A stretch of DNA of 64,000 nt from the IMG/VR virus record IMGVR_UViG_3300044801_000394, positions 5,955 through 69,954 of that record, one strand, 5' to 3'. The DNA is from a virus. The notes under the pieces are model-generated. The model was not told the origin of the DNA and searched no databases. It saw only the letters and a program-made list of their open reading frames with translations. Made by a program: the position numbers and the translations under genes. Position 1 is the first letter of the stretch. Each line of letters opens with the position of its first letter. Of this stretch, positions 60,146-64,000 are shown piece after piece.

Positions 60146-61397
60146 AAAAACAGAAGATGTAGATGTTACGATAGATGACGTGCTAGGAGATTCCTTTGGT
60201 ACTGTGGAAGAGGAACCTGCTATCCCGGAAGAAAAGGACTATTTGGATCAACCTCCAACTACCCATTTAACTGCTAAAAAAAATAAAACCGATGAGATGG
60301 CAGAGCCCGAACTAATAGAGGATAAGAAAGAGGAAGTAAAAAAAGACCCTAAGACTATGGCAGAGGATGCCATATCTCTTGCAGGTCGTTTGGAGATGTG
60401 GAACAAATCCTGCGTCGACAAGTTTTTTGATCTTAGGTCCGTAACATTCACGGCGACAGATGAAGAGATGTTCATTGAGAGTAACGATAAGAAATATTAT
60501 TCAAAACCCCTGTATTTCAAAGCTGACCCCCAGAAGCCTAAAGATCCTAAGATAGTACATGCACAGAAGCAATTTTGCAAAATGATAGGGATTCCTCACG
60601 GCTTTTTCGTGAATAACAGGCCTCAGCTTAAAATGGATATTGTTAAAACATGGCAGGCAGGATTAGGAGCAGACGAAACCAAAGGTCGCTGCATAGTTAG
60701 ATTCAGAGAATCCCAGGATTATAACGTCATAAGAGCATTTGTCCCAGAGACATTCGCTCTCATACAGAACCACGAACTTATCCAGACGGTGAATAGTACT
60801 TTTATTAAAGTGGACGATCCAAATCCTAATGTCTTGGAATTTGCCTACGGGGATGATAGGGACGAGCTTACTATACACGCTAGGTATCTTTCCGGACAGA
60901 AATTTCAGATATTAGGAGATGATGTTTGCGTAGGATTCTCTGTAATAGCCTCAGAGCTGGGAGATAGTCCCCTTATCGTTGAGGCGTTGCTGCATCACAT
61001 CCCAAGCAGGACGGCTTTTATATCTTCGTACGGTGCAGAGTCTTTTTTAAGGGCTAAGTATGAGGGGATCCAGCCACAAGATATTAAGGAGATCTTCCCA
61101 AAACTTATTGAGCGAATAACTCAAGAATCTCCTGAGATAAAAAATCGAATCGAAAGCTTAAAAACCGAAATAGATCCAAACGAAGAGTGTGTCGAGGTAG
61201 TTTCTTGGAGGGGATTACCGTCTAAATTTAAAAGGTCTTTGTTCCACGAAGTCAGCAAATGCTCTGACGACATGAAGACCAGATGGGATTTTGCCAGACA
61301 TATGTCATTAATTGCTAAGGATTTTGAGTCTTTGAAGAGGTTAGCGATAGAAAGAGCAGCCGGACAATATCTTAATCTCATGTTTGACAAACAGTAG
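60129..61397 (+). CDS. DUF932-like phage protein with acidic N-terminus
   Basis: 422 aa. IRAFVPETFALIQNHELI and GFSVIASELG resemble the DUF932 family; AGGAG RBS. Confidence 0.55.
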   Translation: MKKNNKKTEDVDVTIDDVLGDSFGTVEEEPAIPEEKDYLDQPPTTHLTAKKNKTDEMAEPELIEDKKEEVKKDPKTMAEDAISLAGRLEMWNKSCVDKFFDLRSVTFTATDEEMFIESNDKKYYSKPLYFKADPQKPKDPKIVHAQKQFCKMIGIPHGFFVNNRPQLKMDIVKTWQAGLGADETKGRCIVRFRESQDYNVIRAFVPETFALIQNHELIQTVNSTFIKVDDPNPNVLEFAYGDDRDELTIHARYLSGQKFQILGDDVCVGFSVIASELGDSPLIVEALLHHIPSRTAFISSYGAESFLRAKYEGIQPQDIKEIFPKLIERITQESPEIKNRIESLKTEIDPNEECVEVVSWRGLPSKFKRSLFHEVSKCSDDMKTRWDFARHMSLIAKDFESLKRLAIERAAGQYLNLMFDKQ

Positions 61398-61405
61398 GAG
61401 ATATT

Positions 61406-61576
61406 ATGTGCGACTCACCAATGAAGGTTTTGTTTTCTGTAGGAAAATATGGGACAAAAGGATATTGGTCCATTTGTTTCGCTGGTAAAAGATTTTTGTA
61501 TAAAGGTATCTGGGTATGCCACAACGGTAATCATCGTATTATTCCGTTTAACAAATTTTTTGAAAAAGCAAAATAA
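61406..61576 (+). CDS. Small hypothetical protein (not in ORF track)
   Basis: 56 aa MCDSPMKVLFSVGKYG...FFEKAK, AGGAG RBS at 61396-61400; fills the gap. Confidence 0.6.
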   Translation: MCDSPMKVLFSVGKYGTKGYWSICFAGKRFLYKGIWVCHNGNHRIIPFNKFFEKAK

Positions 61577-61587
61577 AAGGCAATCAG

Positions 61588-61803
61588 ATGACTATGTCTA
61601 CTGACTGGCTTCCCTTTCCAGGAGAAAGCCTCAATACAATTAAAAAAAGAAGAGAATCCATGGCGCGAGAGGAAGGATGGGTCTATAAAATAAAATTGTC
61701 TGAGCTTCGCAAGGAGCTTTCAACATTGAGCTATAAAGGAGTTTTTCCGTGGCCAAAATCCAAATCAAAAAAACAATCTAAGAAAGGAATTAATTATGCG
61801 TAA
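61588..61803 (+). CDS. Small basic hypothetical protein
   Basis: 71 aa, in operon. Confidence 0.55.
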   Translation: MTMSTDWLPFPGESLNTIKKRRESMAREEGWVYKIKLSELRKELSTLSYKGVFPWPKSKSKKQSKKGINYA

Positions 61804-62383
61804 AAATCACACAGAACTAGTGTGTATCCTTGATCGTTCGGGTTCTATGGAATCTATACGCTCAGATGCCGTTGGGGGTTTCAATACTTTTATAGAAGGT
61901 CAGCGTCAAGTACCAGGAACAGCCTCGGTTACTGTGGTGCTGTTCGATGACAGGTACGAACTCCTATACGAAAACATCGATCTCCAAACCGTAAAAAATC
62001 TAACAGATGAAACCTTTGTCCCGCGAGGGATGACTGCCCTGCTCGATGCAGTAGGGAGGACCATAAACGAAGTGGGAATACGACTCGATAAAACTCCGGA
62101 AGATCAGCGTCCGGAAAAAGTTATGATTTGCATCGTAACTGATGGTCAAGAAAATTTCAGTCATGAGTTTCAACTTGATAAGATAAAAGAGATGATCAGT
62201 CACCAGAGAGATAAATATAGCTGGGAATTTTGTTTCTTAGCAGCAAATCAGGATGCCTTTGCTACCGCTGGTGGTATGGGTGTTTCCAAACAGTATACTT
62301 CGAATTTTGCCGCAACATCAGCTGGAGTACGAGGAGCATATGGATGTGCAGGAGTTTATGCCACACAGTACAGGACTAAATAA
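61796..62383 (+). CDS. von Willebrand factor A (vWA) domain protein
   Basis: 195 aa. MIDAS DRSGSM, GMTALLDA, VTDGQEN. Confidence 0.9.
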   Translation: MRKNHTELVCILDRSGSMESIRSDAVGGFNTFIEGQRQVPGTASVTVVLFDDRYELLYENIDLQTVKNLTDETFVPRGMTALLDAVGRTINEVGIRLDKTPEDQRPEKVMICIVTDGQENFSHEFQLDKIKEMISHQRDKYSWEFCFLAANQDAFATAGGMGVSKQYTSNFAATSAGVRGAYGCAGVYATQYRTK

Positions 62384-62399
62384 ATTTTAGGGGGTATTT

Positions 62400-62786
62400 A
62401 TGCTGGATTCAAAAGGGTTAGATGAAAAAGTACAAAGTGAAGTAAACGAAGAGGAGATTAAAAAAATAGAGGAGCAAGCCAGAGAGAGTTTTACGCGGTG
62501 TATAGCCTACACACTGTTTGGAGAGAGGTGTTCAAAACAGGAAAATCCAAAGAAAAACGCAGAAGATTTCATAAAATCTTGGTATATCCAAATGCACAAA
62601 AATACTCTTGATAGTTTGAATAGAAATTTTGAAGAGGAATCTAAAGCTAATCCTGCAGCCGATTTCATGCTGGCTCTTTGTGGTCTCACCAGAGAGAAAC
62701 TGAGAGAGAGGTACGAAACAGCTTTTAAAAATGTCCTCCAGGAATTGCAGCAGGTGGTAGATAGTATCCCGGAAAAAACTAAATAG
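62400..62786 (+). CDS. Hypothetical protein
   Basis: 128 aa with GGGGG RBS. Confidence 0.65.
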   Translation: MLDSKGLDEKVQSEVNEEEIKKIEEQARESFTRCIAYTLFGERCSKQENPKKNAEDFIKSWYIQMHKNTLDSLNRNFEEESKANPAADFMLALCGLTREKLRERYETAFKNVLQELQQVVDSIPEKTK

Positions 62787-62950
62787 GAAAAGGATATATG
62801 GCAAAGAAGAAAAAAAAGCTAGGGTATAAAGGCTGTACCCATTTTGGTGAGGGACCTACAGAAATTTGTGGAGCTTGCGGTCCATACCACGATTTTCGTT
62901 ATAGGACTCCCATAAACTATGAAGAAGAATTCCACAGGTTGCTTGACACT

Positions 62951-63183
62951 GTGACTACTCCCCCGACTAAAGTCGGGGGCTTCTATGAGTCCTAGCCTTC
63001 GCAAATGCCTTACGGCAAAAGCGTAGGCCACTCAACAGACTCTAATCCGAGTCTGGGTATTTTAACAGAAATTTTAAGTGTTCCGAATCAGATTTTTTAG
63101 GATCTGAAGCAAGGAACTGAGAATAGATTTAAAGTTGGTAGTCCTCATCCAGCATTTTCAGCTTTGATGAGACCTTAAATCTA
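62951..63183 (-). ncRNA. Putative TnpB omegaRNA-like structured RNA
   Basis: Consecutive hairpins (63122-63132/63175-63185; CAGACTC/GAGTCTG; TGCC/GGCA nested stem; RE hairpin) downstream of an internal promoter and ending at the RE. Confidence 0.55.
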
Positions 63184-63188
63184 TTTTA

Positions 63189-63217
63189 AATATAAACTAA
63201 TTCTAAATAGAAGTCAA
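63189..63217 (-). promoter_or_regulatory. Sigma70-type promoter inside the mini-element
   Basis: TTGACT (63217-63212) - 17 nt - TATATT (63194-63189) on the - strand. Confidence 0.65.
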
Positions 63218-63367
63218 GGTTTATTGTTCGCTTTCATCCCACGGCTAAAGCCGTGGGCTTTCCCGCTCACAAGATCGTAAATCAATTTTTAGGGGATACT
63301 GCCTCAAGAGCAGCCATACAGGTGCTTAAGAACGCCTCCGACTTTTACAGCATGAGGGGAGATTAAA

Positions 63368-63883
63368 ATGACTGAGGAAAAAAAAGCTCTTCCACTCGAC
63401 CAGGTAGTAGACCCAAACAATTTTAAGATGCTTCTTCACGAGGTCGTGAAGACAAGAGAGCCTGTAGCAGATGGTAGATCTTTTACGTATAAGGAAGTCA
63501 AATACCCTTATAACGGCAAGGTCATTTATGTCATGGGTAGGCATGTGTCTTTAGAAGATGTGTTTAAACATGGTAAGGCAAGTTGTAAGATATGTTCAGG
63601 AAAAGGGTACTACTTCATGAACATAACCAAAAAACGGTTCCCTGATCCAAGTGAGTTTTTAATGCAAGAAGAAGAACTTCCAAAAGATCTCTCTCCAGAA
63701 CAGCAGGAAAAATGGAGAAAAGATGAAGAAGCTAAGACTACTTGGAGGATATTGGCTGTTTGTTTGTGCGCCGTAAAAGCCGCCCATAAAAAAGACTCCC
63801 GGTTATTAAGCAACGAGAATCATAATATATGGATGATATTGGACTATGAAATAAAAGATGTTGAAGAGCCTATTACCAAATAG
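63368..63883 (+). CDS. Hypothetical Zn-binding protein
   Basis: 171 aa. CKICSGKG and CLC motifs; GGGGAG RBS. Confidence 0.7.
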   Translation: MTEEKKALPLDQVVDPNNFKMLLHEVVKTREPVADGRSFTYKEVKYPYNGKVIYVMGRHVSLEDVFKHGKASCKICSGKGYYFMNITKKRFPDPSEFLMQEEELPKDLSPEQQEKWRKDEEAKTTWRILAVCLCAVKAAHKKDSRLLSNENHNIWMILDYEIKDVEEPITK

Positions 63884-63889
63884 TATATT
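63861..63889 (+). promoter_or_regulatory. Sigma70-type promoter
   Basis: TTGAAG (63861-63866) - 17 nt - TATATT (63884-63889), upstream of the gene starting at 63935. Confidence 0.45.
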
Positions 63890-63934
63890 AATATTTAGAT
63901 AGAGTTTTTACCACACACTAAAAAGGAGTATTTT

Positions 63935-64000
63935 ATGTATCTTCAACAAGGTGATGTACTAATCGAAAAATCCCCTATCCCGGAAGCTGCCAAAAAATCC
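63935..64000 (+). CDS. N-terminus of QGDV-motif phage protein (truncated by window edge)
   Basis: AAGGAG RBS; MYLQQGDVLIEKSPIPEAAKKS. Confidence 0.6.
   Translation, partial: MYLQQGDVLIEKSPIPEAAKKS

Larger units (their letters stand above)
62951..63276 (-). mobile_element. Non-autonomous IS200/IS605-family element (PATE/MITE-like, 326 bp)
   Basis: On the - strand: TTAC target | LE with AAAG guide and CCCACGGC-TTTA-GCCGTGGG hairpin; RE with GAAG guide and CCCCCGAC-TTTA-GTCGGGGG hairpin ending in TCAC. No TSD, no tnpA or tnpB. Confidence 0.88.
62798..63366 (+). pseudogene. 80-aa gene interrupted by the IS200/IS605 mini-element (join 62798-62950, 63277-63366)
   Basis: Removing 62951-63276 gives a continuous frame ...HRLLDT-VNQFLGDTASRAAIQVLKNASDFYSMRGD-stop, ending 1 nt before the next ATG at 63368. 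Confidence 0.8.

Noticed and set aside
62960-62983. GC-rich hairpins at 62960-62979 and 63238-63257 as simple rho-independent terminators
   Set aside because: Better explained as IS200/IS605 subterminal hairpins, given matching guide and cleavage tetranucleotides and ORF restoration on removal.
62951-63276. Insertion as a self-splicing intron/IStron or riboswitch
   Set aside because: The IS ends and promoter are antisense to the host gene, and I could not identify group I/II core motifs or a complete riboswitch consensus. A covariance search would be needed to exclude this fully.
1-64000. Stop-codon reassignment as seen in some large phages
   Set aside because: Genes are long and tightly packed in the standard code, and TAA, TAG and TGA all end genes right before the next start.

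Overview
A 64-kb, AT-rich, densely coded segment with essentially all real genes on the + strand in the standard genetic code. It reads as part of a large (jumbo-type) contractile-tailed phage genome. Positions 1-~50 kb are a baseplate/tail-appendage module: tube-initiator-like proteins (one fused to a lytic transglycosylase), hub, spike, a 3616-aa giant structural protein, gp25-, gpJ/gp6- and gpI/gp7-like wedge proteins, two paralogous large fibre-like proteins, and collagen/PKD/FN3/LamG appendage proteins. A three-glycosyltransferase cassette is embedded in this module. Positions ~52-64 kb hold replication and regulation genes: SNF2 helicase, degenerate loader, DnaB, stand-alone primase zinc finger, family A polymerase, sigma-like factor, DUF932-like and vWA proteins. 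Main observations: (1) a dispersed G-x-T-G / TG peptide motif is strongly enriched in the virion proteins flanking the glycosyltransferases, suggesting a sequon-directed virion O-glycosylation system; (2) three neighbouring paralogues each carry about 54 residues of collagen, suggesting a heterotrimeric collagen fibre; (3) a LamG lectin domain appears split across two genes; (4) a 326-bp protein-free IS200/IS605 element with intact ends and an internal promoter for an omegaRNA-like RNA precisely interrupts a small gene. All family assignments are from motifs read by eye; no database searches were run.
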